A program made the position numbers and the translations under genes. The notes under the pieces were generated by a model, which ran no database searches, was not told the origin of the DNA, and was given only the letters and a program-made list of their open reading frames with translations. A stretch of 63,536 bases of DNA, counting the filler, from Choristocarpus tenellus KU-1152 (taxonomy: Eukaryota; Protista; Phaeophyceae), in NCBI GenBank assembly GCA_964200185.2. It is 13 parts of 13 records of this genome, joined end to end, with 100 filler letters (N's around TTAATTAATTAA, not from the genome) between each part and the next. Parts side by side here need not be neighbours in the genome. Positions count along the whole stretch, not along the records: positions 1 to 4,132 come from CAXNAD020016059.1; positions 4,233 to 8,182 come from CAXNAD020016981.1; positions 8,283 to 11,401 come from CAXNAD020022189.1; 10 more parts are not named here. The stretch is one strand, 5' to 3'. Positions 1 through 11,400 of this stretch are shown one piece after another. Within the stretch, counting starts at the first letter, position 1, and every line of letters begins with the position of its first letter.

Positions 1-518
1 GTATAATGGTATATGGCATACGGCAATAACGGTATAATAACAGACAAACATGCTTTCCACAACCTACTAGAATTAAACTTACACATTTGTAAATTTTCAG
101 CGGGTAGAACAATATGTGTAATTCCCTCAATATGTGTTTCCCCCTGACACATCTGCAAAATGTCAGAGGGCATAATAATAAAATATGTGTAATAGAGTGT
201 ATAATAATATAACAATAATATATATAATACGGAAGGTTGGCGGCACAAGGAGGTGGTGGTGTAACATACCTGATAGAAAAATAGTAAATAGATCGATGTC
301 TTTACGACAATTTTAATCTTTGTAGGGGTTTTCTGGCATGTGACTAGGTTCATTGCGTTTTCTCTTGACACATCTACAAAATGAGGCATAATAATAAAAT
401 ACGAAAGATCCTCAACTGGGATTCCTGACAAGGAACCTTAATCGGTATTACGGTATTTGATATACTGCAATAACGGTATGATAACAGACAACCCTGTATT
501 CAGTACTATAATTTTTAT

Positions 519-1083
519 TATTATGCCTTGTCAGATTTATCAGAGGAAAAAACAAAAAACAATGAAAACCATTCAAATGTCAGAACCCCTGAAAAAGTAA
601 CGGTTGTCATAGATGTGAAAGACATGTTTTATCTATATACTATTTTACTATTAGCTATGCTACACCACTGCCCTGCTATGCCTCCAACCTACCTTAGTCC
701 TGCACCCCAGGGTGAGGAGCTAGGGAAACTTCCCAAGTATCTAATTAGCTCCTCCTTACCCATCACCCCAGTGTCTTCAGCTTAAAACGCATGACAAGTC
801 TTGGTAGGGCCACTTGTGTTGTGACAGATACTATCTGTCGTAGACGGGACTTGACATTCCCTTTCCTGTTGTAATAAGAACATTTGAAAAAAGAACCACA
901 TGACAATATTTGTAGTAATGTGATAATAATAATGATAAAAAAATATTATCCCTTATTACATTTTCCAGATAGATGTGTCAGGGAATGATAATAGGTGTTA
1001 TTTCTTTAGGGCAAATATCGACATATGTATAGTTTTCATTGGTTTCCCCCCTGACACATCTGCAAAATGTCAGAGGGCATAAT
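519..1083. mobile_element. Degenerate non-autonomous TIR element with end motif ATTATGCCCTCTGACATTTTGCAGATGTGTCAGGGG; related ends at about 140-177, 300-395 and 34533-34690
   Basis: Motif CCCCTGACACATCTGCAAAATGTCAGAGGGCATAAT at about 141 and 1048, its reverse complement at 34533, and a decayed inverted copy at about 519. Confidence 0.5.
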
Positions 1084-1564
1084 AATGTATATAATAATAT
1101 AAATCAGATTCATTGTAACCTTACGGAGTGCAACGTTAGGTTGTGGTCATATACCGTGCATATTGTTATACATGCAATGTGGGTGCTTGTACACTACGGA
1201 ACCACTAATCGTGGACAGGCTAATGGTCGACACTAGTTGATGGCACTGAAGCGTATCACATGTCTGACAAATCATGATTTAATTCATTTGTGTTTCACAA
1301 ATTAGTATGTACAAAATTTTGTATGTGTGAAGGTTGATTGGAGTGGTGAAGATGTAGCACCTACTGCTCAGTCTGATAAAAATAAATTCCTCCTGCATGA
1401 CACATTTTTATCACTATAGGGTTGTCCTCATGAGTCTACTTTCTCTAACAAATAGCAATCAGGTGATGAGGCAGGTGATACAGAGACAGCGACAAGCATC
1501 CCTTAAGCTGGAAATATTACTGACAGCCGACCAAAAGAGCTCTTCCCTGCGCTGCCACAGCGAT

Positions 1565-3250
1565 GTATGTTCATCGTTCGGAATTAAATGTAACATATAT
1601 TTGCTTCTTTTTTTCAAATATTCATATTTTATGGGTGTATTGTGCTGCCGAAAAAAGGTCGCCCATCAAATTTCAGGCAAAAGGGGGCAGCCTACATCTA
1701 TGATTCCATCCCTGAAGCCCTCCAAACCTCCATTCCAGCACGGTAATTCGCCGCATTCACCAGGGGTTTCAAGTGTAGCTTGGCCGCCTTCCCAGCCTTT
1801 TCCTTCCTAAGATGGGGAATTTTGAAGACACTGTCACCCTGGGCCCCAACACTTCATCGTAGACTGCAAACAGATTCAGCCAGAGGTGCTCTAGTGTCTC
1901 CCAGGGGTAGACATCGAACAGCTCCATTGTGGTCTCCACCAGGTCCTCTGTGTTGATCACCTCCACGTTTTCCTTCAGTTGCTGAATGGAATGAAAGAAT
2001 GCCAGGTCGCTGTGTTTGAGGTCAGGTGAGTTGGTTGGCTAGGTCTCTATGACAAGGTCGTCCCCTGCTGCCTCCTCGATTACCTCCATGATCCCCCCTT
2101 TGGTGTGTGGCTTTGCCTCATCCTGGTACACCAAGATAGTGTGTCCTTCTGGCCTATGTATGCGCGCCTTGATTGCGGGGATGACATCCTTGATCATGAG
2201 CTTCTAATACCTCTCCTCGTCCACTGTGACTGGCACAAGCGCCTTGGTGGCCTTGGTCCGGTGTTTGCTGGAGTGCTGAGCGACCTTAGTGTCCACCATT
2301 GGCCAGATCCCCGACTTTCCCATCGAACCACACCCCATTGGAGAGCTTCCTAGGGTGAGCAACAGCGGCAAGAAACATCACCTTCGACATGTAACACATA
2401 TTCTCTGCCCGTGGGGGGTTGGGGGGCTTCTCGGTGCGGTGCAGTTACACACCTTGCCCATCCTTGAGGATGCACAATCATTTATCATCCACATGCACCC
2501 AATCATATAGATCATCCACTAGTACCCCACTCTCCCCTCTCCTGTGCGTGTGGCTGATGACGAAACCCACCTTGTTGACTTTCTGCTGGTCTAAAAAGAC
2601 TATTATAATCCACCACTTGACCCTCTTCACCTTCTCGTGCTTGCATAGATCCCACAACGAGGCAAGGGAGACCCTAACTTGGGTCGCCCATTTGCAGAAG
2701 GATGTGCGATGTACTGGTGGGACCCCAAACGATGAGGATACTTGTATGCCGGCCATATCACCCCGTGCAACGTTGTGCAAGGTCCATGCACTCACCACGT
2801 GCAATCTGGCTGCCATACTCCTTCAGATGATGGAACATGGTAATTCTGGAAATTCTGAAGTCCTCCGTCACGATTGCTGCCGTCCCCTGAGGCATCCGAG
2901 TCTTGCACCCTCTGGCCTCCGGGCAGTCTGAGTCTGGACCTCGGACAGAATTCTGGGCCAAAGTATTGGACCAAAGGGCGACAACAGGATGAGTGAGCTG
3001 CTTGAACGACAAGGGGCATTCATTCAAGGCATCCCAATAAACACCCTCTTTCACGTTTCATGAGGTTTTTGACCCCATCAAATATCACTTGAATGATTTT
3101 GCACTGGATCCTCCATAGTCATGATAGCCCACCACCTCAAACTTTGCAGGTCTTACGTAGTTACTACTTCGAAGTATATAAATAGAGTATACAACCCTAC
3201 AAAGTATTGCTATTGAACACACGGTTTTGAGGCCAGAGTTGGTTATTGAC
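1565..3250 (-). mobile_element. Mariner-like (Tc1/mariner, DD37D spacing) transposon relic with frameshifted transposase
   Basis: Minus-strand motifs WVHVDDK and QDEAKPH...*PTNSPDLKHSDLAFF (37 residues between second and third D). TIR remnant GTTCGGAATTAAATG at 1576. Homologous to 37333-39069. Confidence 0.85.
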
Positions 3251-4132
3251 CCACCAGTCACTGCAACAACAAAGTGGGGCAGGTACAGTAAGACAGTTCA
3301 GTATTGGCCTTGAGATGCCAACAGAGTGTGCACGCACGACACTGGGCGAGATTAGCCCTCATTTCAACAAGGTCCCATCAATGATAAACTTCAGTATGCA
3401 TGAGGAAATTCCATTTCAGTTTCGTCTTGCAGACCTCAACGGCCAAAAAATTATATTTTTGTAGTTAATCCCACTCCGGGTTTCAAAACTTTATCTGGCC
3501 TCAAAAATCCTGTGCTTAACACTATTAGTAATTGCATTAGTCCGAGGGGTCTCAAACCATGGCCAAAAGGATAGCAGAGGAGAAGCAATAAAGAAAATCC
3601 TGAAAATACAACATTAACCAAAGTAGGCCCTTCAGGGCGTGGCTAGTGTACTTGCAGCAAGGTGTGCGCAGCATGGTTTAGGTGGAGGAGCAAGCAGGGT
3701 CAAGTGAAGACTTGTGGAAAATGTGAGAGCACAGCAGGGTCTCTGGGGATAACTAGGTGTTCCAAACGTCTTCTAGTAGGGACGAGGAAAAGAGGCATCC
3801 ACTTCTTGGGTCAAGCAAGGGACCAGTGAGAACCTGACGTCTTCTAGTTCTCTAGAGTGGATCGATAAAGTTAACTACACCACAAACCTTCAACACAATG
3901 GCGAAGAGCTACAAAGCATTCCCACTCATCAACAAACTAAGCAGCAAATAAAAAAAGTACTAACCTGACCGTGCTTACAAATGAATATTTCAACAGAGTG
4001 AAATTAGTTCGACAAACAGTAGACATCTGTGATCCAATACTAATAGTAAATTACTCTAGTATTTCAGAGTGAAAGTATCTTAGAGGGTACGAGTTTTGCC
4101 CTGTTTGTCCATTTGGGACTTGGCTTCCCTCG

Positions 4133-4232
4133 NNNNNNNNNNNNNNNNNNNNNNNNNNNNNNNNNNNNNNNNNNNNTTAATTAATTAANNNNNNNNNNNN
4201 NNNNNNNNNNNNNNNNNNNNNNNNNNNNNNNN
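4133..4232. other. Artificial contig-joining linker (N44-TTAATTAATTAA-N44), first of 12; others at about 8183, 11402, 14708, 18893, 23917, 28331, 33968, 45785, 49118, 53727, 58174
   Basis: The same 100-bp N block with TTAATTAATTAA (stops in all six frames) recurs between unrelated sequences. Confidence 0.97.
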
Positions 4233-4264
4233 CCAACCTCTCCACAACCAAGGGCAAAACCGAC

Positions 4265-5145
4265 CTGTTTGTTCGCGGCGTAGATCACAATTGTTGACTT
4301 GTGAGGCATGAACTGCCCGTATGTATCATCCCAGTAGTCTATCCAGGACAACGCCAGGTCTCGCTTCGGAGCCATATCCTTATCTTTGTTCGTGCCGCTC
4401 CTGTTGTAGTAGCGCACGTATGTACATGAATGGATGGGATATGTGTTGGAGGTGGATACAAGGGACGGGGGATGGAATCCTAGAGGTATCGTATGCCAGC
4501 AGCGGATCACATATTCTGTATATATTTACGCGTGGTACATGATGCAGCAGCGCGGGGACGGTCGGATGAGATGATATTATTGAAGCATGAAAAACATATA
4601 GCGACAGGCATATACATACATAGGTAAGTCAATACTCCACGCTGGATGGATCTCTAGCTTTGTATATCAGACATGTGGGCATGGTATCTGCAAAGTGAAC
4701 CGGGTGAGTACGGTCGGATCACATTATTCTCAGATAGGACTACTATTGTGTGTTCAAGCAGGGGGGAAAATATACCAGGTACAAGTGACACTGTGTACAT
4801 ACTTCAAACCCACCTCTCCACGCCGATGGATGCTCTTGCGTTAGGTGCGCCTTTGCAAACGTCGATGACATGATTGGATATCCCGAACGATGCCTTGAAA
4901 AATTTCGTACAGACAGGAATGCCGGCCGCGAGCATAGATCCACATCCAGGTCCCAACTTAATCACAGGTGTACGGTCGCCAACGAAGTGCTTGCGATCGC
5001 GGCGGTTCTCACACGCCCGGATGATGTCCTGCTCTTTGGCCAACGTGCGTGCAAGGAAGGACTCGCCATCTGCCGCAAACTTCTTCACACAGGCTAAGCG
5101 CTTGCAGCAATCATGCTGTTCGTTGACCGGGATGGGTTCACCCAT
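4265..5145 (-). CDS. Putative Sola-like DNA transposase, N-terminal part; spliced exons 5145-4814 and 4400-4265, continuing beyond the contig end
   Basis: Exon 1 MGEPIP...CCKRLACVKKF...VCTKFFKASFGIS...VE joins in phase (AG|GTGGGT...CAACAG|G) to SGTNK...LALSWIDYWDDTYGQFMPHKSTIVIYAANKQ|GTCGG. The CC-x-C, VCxxFFxxxxGIS and GxxMP motif order resembles the N-terminal region of Sola-type transposases (recognised from memory). The catalytic DDD core is not in the contig. Confidence 0.6.
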
Positions 5146-5361
5146 CCTTGGTGAAGCTTGGCGCCGGTCGCTGAAGCGTCATTGGCATGAAGCTCCAGCG
5201 CATCATTGTTGGCGGCCTGGTGAGGGGGCAAATGGGGGGAAACGTAGGCGACAAAAGCCACCCCCTTGCTGTGGAAGCAATTGGCATGGTCTTTTTGAGC
5301 AACAGGCGGTCTTGAGCAGTGAGAAGGTGTAGGAGTGATTAGATTCGAAGACGAGCGTATG

Positions 5362-7135
5362 AACTTTGTTTGAGCCTCGGGCGATCGGTGGAATAACCCT
5401 GAGATCCATGATCCTGAAAATCCGTGCAGTACACTTTTCGGAAGTTGTAAATCAGATTCTATCCGTGATTTCTATTTTTTTTAAATCCAATTATATCAGT
5501 GATTCGTATTTTTGAAGTTACCAATCACATACTTCATTGATATTGTACATTTCCAATGTTCCGAAACCAACTTTGTTTGGACCTCGGGTGATCGGTGGGA
5601 CCACCCTGACTTCCATGATCCTGAAAATCCGTGCGTTACACTTTCTGGAAGTTGAAAATCAGATTCTATCCGCGATATCTATTTCAAAAAAATTCCAATT
5701 ATATATGTGATTTGTATTTCTTAAGATACCAATCACATACTTAAGTGATATTGAACATTTCCAATGTTCCGAAACCAAATTTGTTTGAGCCTCGGGCGAT
5801 CGGTGGACCACCCTGAGTTCCATGATCCTGAAAATCCGTGCGTTACACTTTTTGTAAGTTGTAAATCAGATTATATCCGTGATTTCTATTTTAAAAAAAT
5901 CCAATTATATCAGTGATTTGTATTTCTTAAGTTACCAATCACATACTTAAGTGATATTGTACATTTCCAATGTACCAAAACCAACTTTGTTTGAGCCTCG
6001 GGCGATTGGTGAGACCACCCTGAGTTCCATGATCCTAAAATTCCGTGAGTTACACTTTCTTGAAGTTGCAAATCAGATTATATCCATACTTACAATTCTT
6101 TTTAAAAACAAAGCACATACTTAATTGATATTGTATCTTTCCAATGTTCTGAAACCAACTTTGTTTGAGCTCCGGGCGATCCGTTGGACCACCCTGAGAT
6201 CCAGGATCCTGAAAATCTTACAACTTTTTAAAATACAAAGCACATACTTAATTGACATTGTACCTTTCCAAATGTTCAGAAACCAACTTTATTTGAGCTC
6301 CGGGCGATCCGTTGGACCACCCTGAGATCCATGATCCTGAAAGTCTTACAAATTTTTAAAATACAAAGCACATACTTCATTGATCTTGTACCTTTCTAAC
6401 GTTCAGAAACCAACTTTGTTTGAGCTCCGGGCGATCCGTTGGACCAACCTGAGATCCATGATCCTGAAAATCCGTGCGTTACATTCTTCAGAAGTTGTAA
6501 AGCAGATTATATCCGTGATTTCTATTTTTTTTTTATCCAATTATATCAGTGATTTTTATTTTTTAAGACACCAATCACATACTTCATTGATCTTGTATGT
6601 TTCCAATTTACAGTAGCCAAAACGTCAAAAAACAACTCTAACCCTCTACATATTTGAAGTACAAAATCTTACCAAATCGGACATATGGATTGTCATAAAC
6701 TGTAGAGGCGATAAAAAGTGGTTCTTTGGGTAAAACAGATCCGCGCGGATCTCGAATACCTGAAGATCCACTTTAGACGTGCGTTAGGGTTTTTTTTTTA
6801 TAGTAAATACAGTAATAACCCTTTTTAGGGTTTTTTAAAATATCAAGAACGCACTTTATGGGTCTCACACGTTTCCAATTTTCAGAAACTAAAAGGACAC
6901 TTCCAACCTGTCTCTAGTGTTTATTTTAATACTAAAGACGCTATAGAGACCACAAAAAAGTGGATCTATGGTATTCAAGATCCGCGCGGATCTTGTTTAC
7001 CGTTGAACACCCAAAACACGTGCGTTAGGGTTTTTACAAAATTAGAATGATATTCTAATCTTTATATCAAGAAATACAGATACAAACCACATCCTTCATT
7101 GATCCAATACGTTTGAAAGGTACGAAACGAAAAGG
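5362..7135. repeat. Tandem array of about 207-bp units: 7 clear units starting at 5362, 5569, 5777, 5983, 6157, 6285 and 6412 (three internally deleted), plus about 2 diverged units at 6700-7135
   Basis: Recurring AACTTTGTTTGAGCCTCGGGCGATCGGTGGACCACCCTGAGATCCATGATCCTGAAAATCCGTGCGTTACAC...CACATACTTCATTGATATTGTACATTTCCAATGTTCCGAAACC. Confidence 0.95.
6737..6995. promoter_or_regulatory. Two perfect palindromes, AGATCCGCGCGGATCT (6737-6752) and CAAGATCCGCGCGGATCTTG (6976-6995); candidate protein-binding sites
   Basis: Both are exact reverse-complement symmetric sequences, lie inside longer imperfect hairpins and are followed by ACGTGCGTTAGGGTTTTT. The function is inferred only. Confidence 0.55.
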
Positions 7136-7374
7136 TCACAAAAAGCTGTTACTATCTTTAGCTTTCCAATATGACATTGTATGCTGTTCGATATTCGTAT
7201 TTTTTATAACACAATTTTCAAGGGAAAGACAAATCTGAGTTTTGAGGAACCAATGACCAGATGAAATAAAGCAGCACCTCCCATCCCTCAGTCCTCATTT
7301 CAATTCACTCCCTTCAGTACATACCACGCGCACCTGTTATTACCGATCCCCGTTACACCCTCCCAACCTTCGCC

Positions 7375-7821
7375 ATGTCCAGCATTCGCTCAACAACAAC
7401 CCATCCGCCCGCCGATGACGCTGCCCACGGATTGAGAACGTGGGACAGCGATCTGAAGGGCATGTCCTCGCTCCTAGAACATCACTACCTTGACACGTAC
7501 CAGATGAAACTCGGTAACATCACATGCACGGAGATGGTGCGTCCACTGAGTGAACGTGGCCTTGCACGCGTCAGCAAGTCTATCCACGAGAAAGGCTGGC
7601 TGGAGCAGCTTGCTCCATCTGTGGTAATCCAGCGAGACTCTTTAGGCAATGAAGACCAGCTCACCGCCGAAACCGCGCTTGCCATTCAAGGACGTACACT
7701 GGACGGAAACCATAGAATAACGGTGCTGAAGAGAGAGTTTGATCCCGAACACGCTTTCATGATTCGGGTCTACATGGAGTTCAACCAAGCAGAAGAGAGG
7801 CTAATTGCCAACGATGGGTGA
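7375..7821 (+). CDS. ParB/sulfiredoxin-like N-terminal domain protein (DGNHR motif); probably the first exon of a longer gene (possible donor GG|GTGATG at 7817/7818)
   Basis: 148-aa ORF with start context CGCCATG. VRPLSERGLARVSKSIHEKGWL...PSVVI, TLDGNHRITVLKR and EERLIAN follow the order of the ParB box I, box II (GxxR) and box III-like motifs. Confidence 0.7.
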   Translation: MSSIRSTTTHPPADDAAHGLRTWDSDLKGMSSLLEHHYLDTYQMKLGNITCTEMVRPLSERGLARVSKSIHEKGWLEQLAPSVVIQRDSLGNEDQLTAETALAIQGRTLDGNHRITVLKREFDPEHAFMIRVYMEFNQAEERLIANDG

Positions 7822-9006
7822 TGGAATGTTGTCGTTGTTCCATGATCGTCTGATGACTCTTCTGATCTACCAAGTTGTTACCGAGTTTCCTTTGTTTGGT
7901 TTATCGTCACTCAGCCAATTGTTGATCTTTTCGCTGTTGATCTTTTTTATCCCTCATGGTCTTTCTGTTGACAGTAACATGTTGCTCACTACTGCCTGCC
8001 GCGTATCCCACGACCTCTTCCCACCTAACCCTTGCCCCGTTCACCCACTGCGATGTGTTACAAGTCCAACAACTTGCCCGAGAAAATAGAGAAATGCAGA
8101 TCGGCGTATCTGACAGGGTGTGGGGGGGGGCACGATGCCACCACCCGATATCTGGGCACAGCCGCAGGTTTGGTTCTAAAGGNNNNNNNNNNNNNNNNNN
8201 NNNNNNNNNNNNNNNNNNNNNNNNNNTTAATTAATTAANNNNNNNNNNNNNNNNNNNNNNNNNNNNNNNNNNNNNNNNNNNNCCAGCATACCTGACGACA
8301 TGTGCATCAGGAGTCCTATACGTACATCAGTATCATCTATTGGCCCGTAGATTGGAGCTATACATCCTGTGGAGGTAAGCTTTGAGGGGCGCCTGTAACA
8401 TTAGCGGCGTATTTATTGACAATTGGAACATAGATTGAAAGTCCACATGTTCGAGACGTTTTTCTATATCGTGATGGAGTTTCTGGGAACATTGTAGGTG
8501 CTTCCTTTTAGTTATCTTTCTAGAAACGACAGGTGCTAAACCATCTCATCACATTTCAGCAAAAGGGGGATAGTGTAAGGCTCCCATCTATTTCTTCTCT
8601 TTTCGGCCATACTGACACAAACAACAGTCTAAATCTGCACAGGTTATGAGCCTCAATGGTATGGAGAACGACATGAAGAAGTTGCCCATCTGGACTGGAG
8701 CACCAGGATGGTCGGTGGAGACCTGGACAACATGGAAATTATCTGTGGTGGGTTATGCTGTTGGAAAGAGTCTGTACAACAATATGTGGCGAAATTACTC
8801 ATGGAGACACCAACGGGACAGGAATGAATAGCGCACGAGAACTACAAGAATAACAAGAGGCCTCTGTAGTTTTTCCTGTCCAAGCAACAAGAAGATCCGC
8901 AGCAGCAATTGTGGAGCCGATTCCAGAACAATGAGAACCCAGAGGGCGGAGGAGCATGGATGGTATTAGAACGAGTCTATGGAGGCCACACGGAGGACAA
9001 GGTCCC

Positions 9007-9268
9007 GCTTGAAAGTATCTCAGAGGATATGAGTTTTGCCCTGTTTGTCTGTTTGGGGCTTGGCTTCCCACAGGTTTTTTATGACATCTTACCTGCTCCG
9101 AATATTTTTTTCAGAGTACGTAAAATGTATAGGTTATGAAAAGGTGTATCCGAGAAAGGATATTGACAATTCCTTACAAACACGATAGCCAAAAATTACA
9201 TCAAAATCGTAACATTGGATTTTGACCCCCAAACGGACGCGTCTTTACCCTCTAAGATACTTTGGCTC
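9007..9268. mobile_element. MITE family A (about 250 bp, TIR GAGTGAAAGTATCTTAGAGGGTA), Sola-like, TSD TCCC
   Basis: Inverted termini, with TCCC at 9003-9006 and 9269-9272. Confidence 0.85.
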
Positions 9269-9678
9269 TCCCCATGCAAATTTCCCCCCTGGAAGCACGC
9301 CTCCCATGAGCTACGGTGCTCCTCAACTACGGACAGTACAGGTTTTGTGGTCAAACTCGAACGGATATTTGCAGAGTTCGAGCAGTTAAAGGAAAGGAAA
9401 TCAGAGAATACAAAGAAGAAAAAGGCTTCAATACTCTTGGGCATCAAGGACGCCATGCCCAATATTTTCGCACAGCTGATCGCAAGAGCTAATATAAGCT
9501 ACAAGGAGCTGAAGCGGGCAATCATCTCATCATCGTCATACCTACATTCGAACCAGGATGGGAACAAAACCACAACGACCCTACAAAGCACAGCAAGGGA
9601 CCAACTGTAGGACAATCACAGGGGGTCATCGAGGTATCCCGATCCTGACCAATGCACTTTCTGTCTCACACACAGTCG

Positions 9679-9933
9679 ACCCAAAGCATTTAAGAGGGTA
9701 GGAGTTTTGCCCTGTTTGTCTGTCTGAGGCTTGGCTTCCCACGGTTTTTTAAGCCCCTCTTCAGTTTTCTATGTGAACACAGTTACCTACTCCGAAAAAA
9801 TTTGGAGTACAACTGTGAAAAGTGTGTCAGGAGCAAGGATAGGATATGCGCATTTGCTAACAAATACGATAGCCAACATTCATCAGTATCAAAACCGAAC
9901 GGATACGGCCCTACCCTCTAAAATTCTTTGGGT
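9679..9933. mobile_element. MITE family A copy (diverged)
   Basis: GACCCAAAGCATTTAAGAGGGTAG...CTACCCTCTAAAATTCTTTGGGT with the conserved internal sequence. Confidence 0.8.
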
Positions 9934-10899
9934 TGTCATCGATGGAGAGAATGCCGCTTGTATTTGGCTGGCAAACCACCAGCAGAATGACCACGAGGCA
10001 TGGCGCCTGCTACACACTTTCCTCCACCACTAGGAGTTACATCAAGACCCAGTCAAGGAGGACGTCATATAAGGAAAAGGGGCAGCAACAAGGATCAAAC
10101 ACGGTCATTCTCAACCTTCAAGGTAATGGCCAGCAAAGAGGACGAACATTTGGTGCTTAGCTCATCGCGAACCAAAGAGATCAACTCCTATGCGACCCTG
10201 GAGCGAACATACATCTCACACCATACAAAGAAGATCTGGTAAACACACAAGCAACAAAGCGGACCTGCACCTTCAGCAACGATGGGAAGATGGAGGCCAA
10301 GGAGACAGGGGATATGGTACTATTGACAGACCCAAAGCATTTATGAGGATAGGGTCATGTCCGTTTAGGATCAAAAGGCTCAAAGTATCTGGGGAGGTGT
10401 GACGGCTGTTTGTTCAGGGCCCATTTTCCCATGTAACAGCACATTTGGAGAATTGAGGAAGGAGCGGGGCTATTAGGATGGTTGACGATCGAAAACGGTC
10501 TTGAAAAAGTACCGAAAAGTTTTTTTTGCAAATGTTTTTGCACTTGTAAGGGCCCGGGATATGAGAGTTTATGAAGTAAACTGAGTTTTGTGGGCGGGAG
10601 AATTCTAGTTGGCTGGGGGGCACAGGATAAGAACGTGGGGAAAAGGAAAAGGAAGAAGTAGGAAGAGAAGGAATAGTTAAGGAAGGAACGAGATAGTTAA
10701 TGGAAATGAGTGGTAGGTGAAAGCAAAGGAAGGAAGTCAGAAAAATCAGGGGTACGAGACAAGGAGGGGAGNNNNNNNNNGGCACCCTCCGAGCAAGCTT
10801 CTCGCCGGAGTGGATCAAGACATAACCCGATCAATCTTTCCGAAAGCTGGAAGGGAGAAAGGTCCGAGGGGAGGGGCGGGGATACTTGAGAAGCGGATA

Positions 10900-11400
10900 C
10901 GGAAATGGTAAGAGAAGATCGACAAGGTAAGGGGGCTGAAGAATGAGACGAACAACAGTGTGGATAGGTGTAGGGTAGGTAAGGAATACGGGTAGTGAAG
11001 TAGGTAGATTCAGACATAATATAAGGGATATCGGGAAAAATCCATAGGACAAGAAAAGTACGAAAGATGGACCACGACGTAATGGTGGGGTGAAACAAGG
11101 GAAAGGGTTGAGGGCCCTGCTAGAGCCACAAGTCCAAGAGGGTGAAGGAAAGTAGGAGTAGAGTGTGCCGGTTATGCCACAAACATGGTTAGCCCATGGA
11201 GACCACGATAAAAAGGGGAAAGTTAATGGTTCGGGGACGGAGTAGTGTACCTGCGGTAATCTCGTGGATTAAGTGCATTTTTAGATATCGCTCGAACGAT
11301 AGGGGTGGGACTGGTGCTAGGTCTATATCTCTCGGCGGGATCGCGTGGATTTGTTTTTCCGCTGCTTGCATCGGTCAACCTAACCCAATAGAGAAAAAGA
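10900..11400 (-). pseudogene. Possible decayed reverse-transcriptase fragment (DIRS/Ngaro-like or other retroelement)
   Basis: Minus-strand ...HLIHEITAGTLLRPRTINFPLFIV... and a PMDFSRYP segment resembling RT LPMGFxxSP. Weak similarity only. Confidence 0.25.

Larger units (their letters stand above)
8646..10327 (+). mobile_element. Ty1/Copia LTR-retrotransposon gag-protease relic, interrupted by MITEs at 9007-9268 and about 9679-9933
   Basis: Gag-like GGGAWMVLERVYG and FVVKLERIFAEFEQL...ILLGIKD...ISYKELK. Copia protease-like CDPGANIHLTPYKEDL...CTFSNDGKMEAKETGDMVL at about 10191-10327. Stops and frameshifts present. Confidence 0.7.

Noticed and set aside
5362-6620. CRISPR array interpretation of the 207-bp repeats
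   Set aside because: There are no unique spacers, whole units are homologous, no cas genes are present and the context is eukaryotic.
7375-7821. Bacterial contaminant parB/parS contig
   Set aside because: No parA, operon structure or ribosome-binding site is visible, and the neighbouring gene has in-phase GT-AG introns.
8283-8410. Fragment shared with 24125-24245 as a host gene
   Set aside because: It is a multicopy decayed repeat with stops and could not be assigned to a family.
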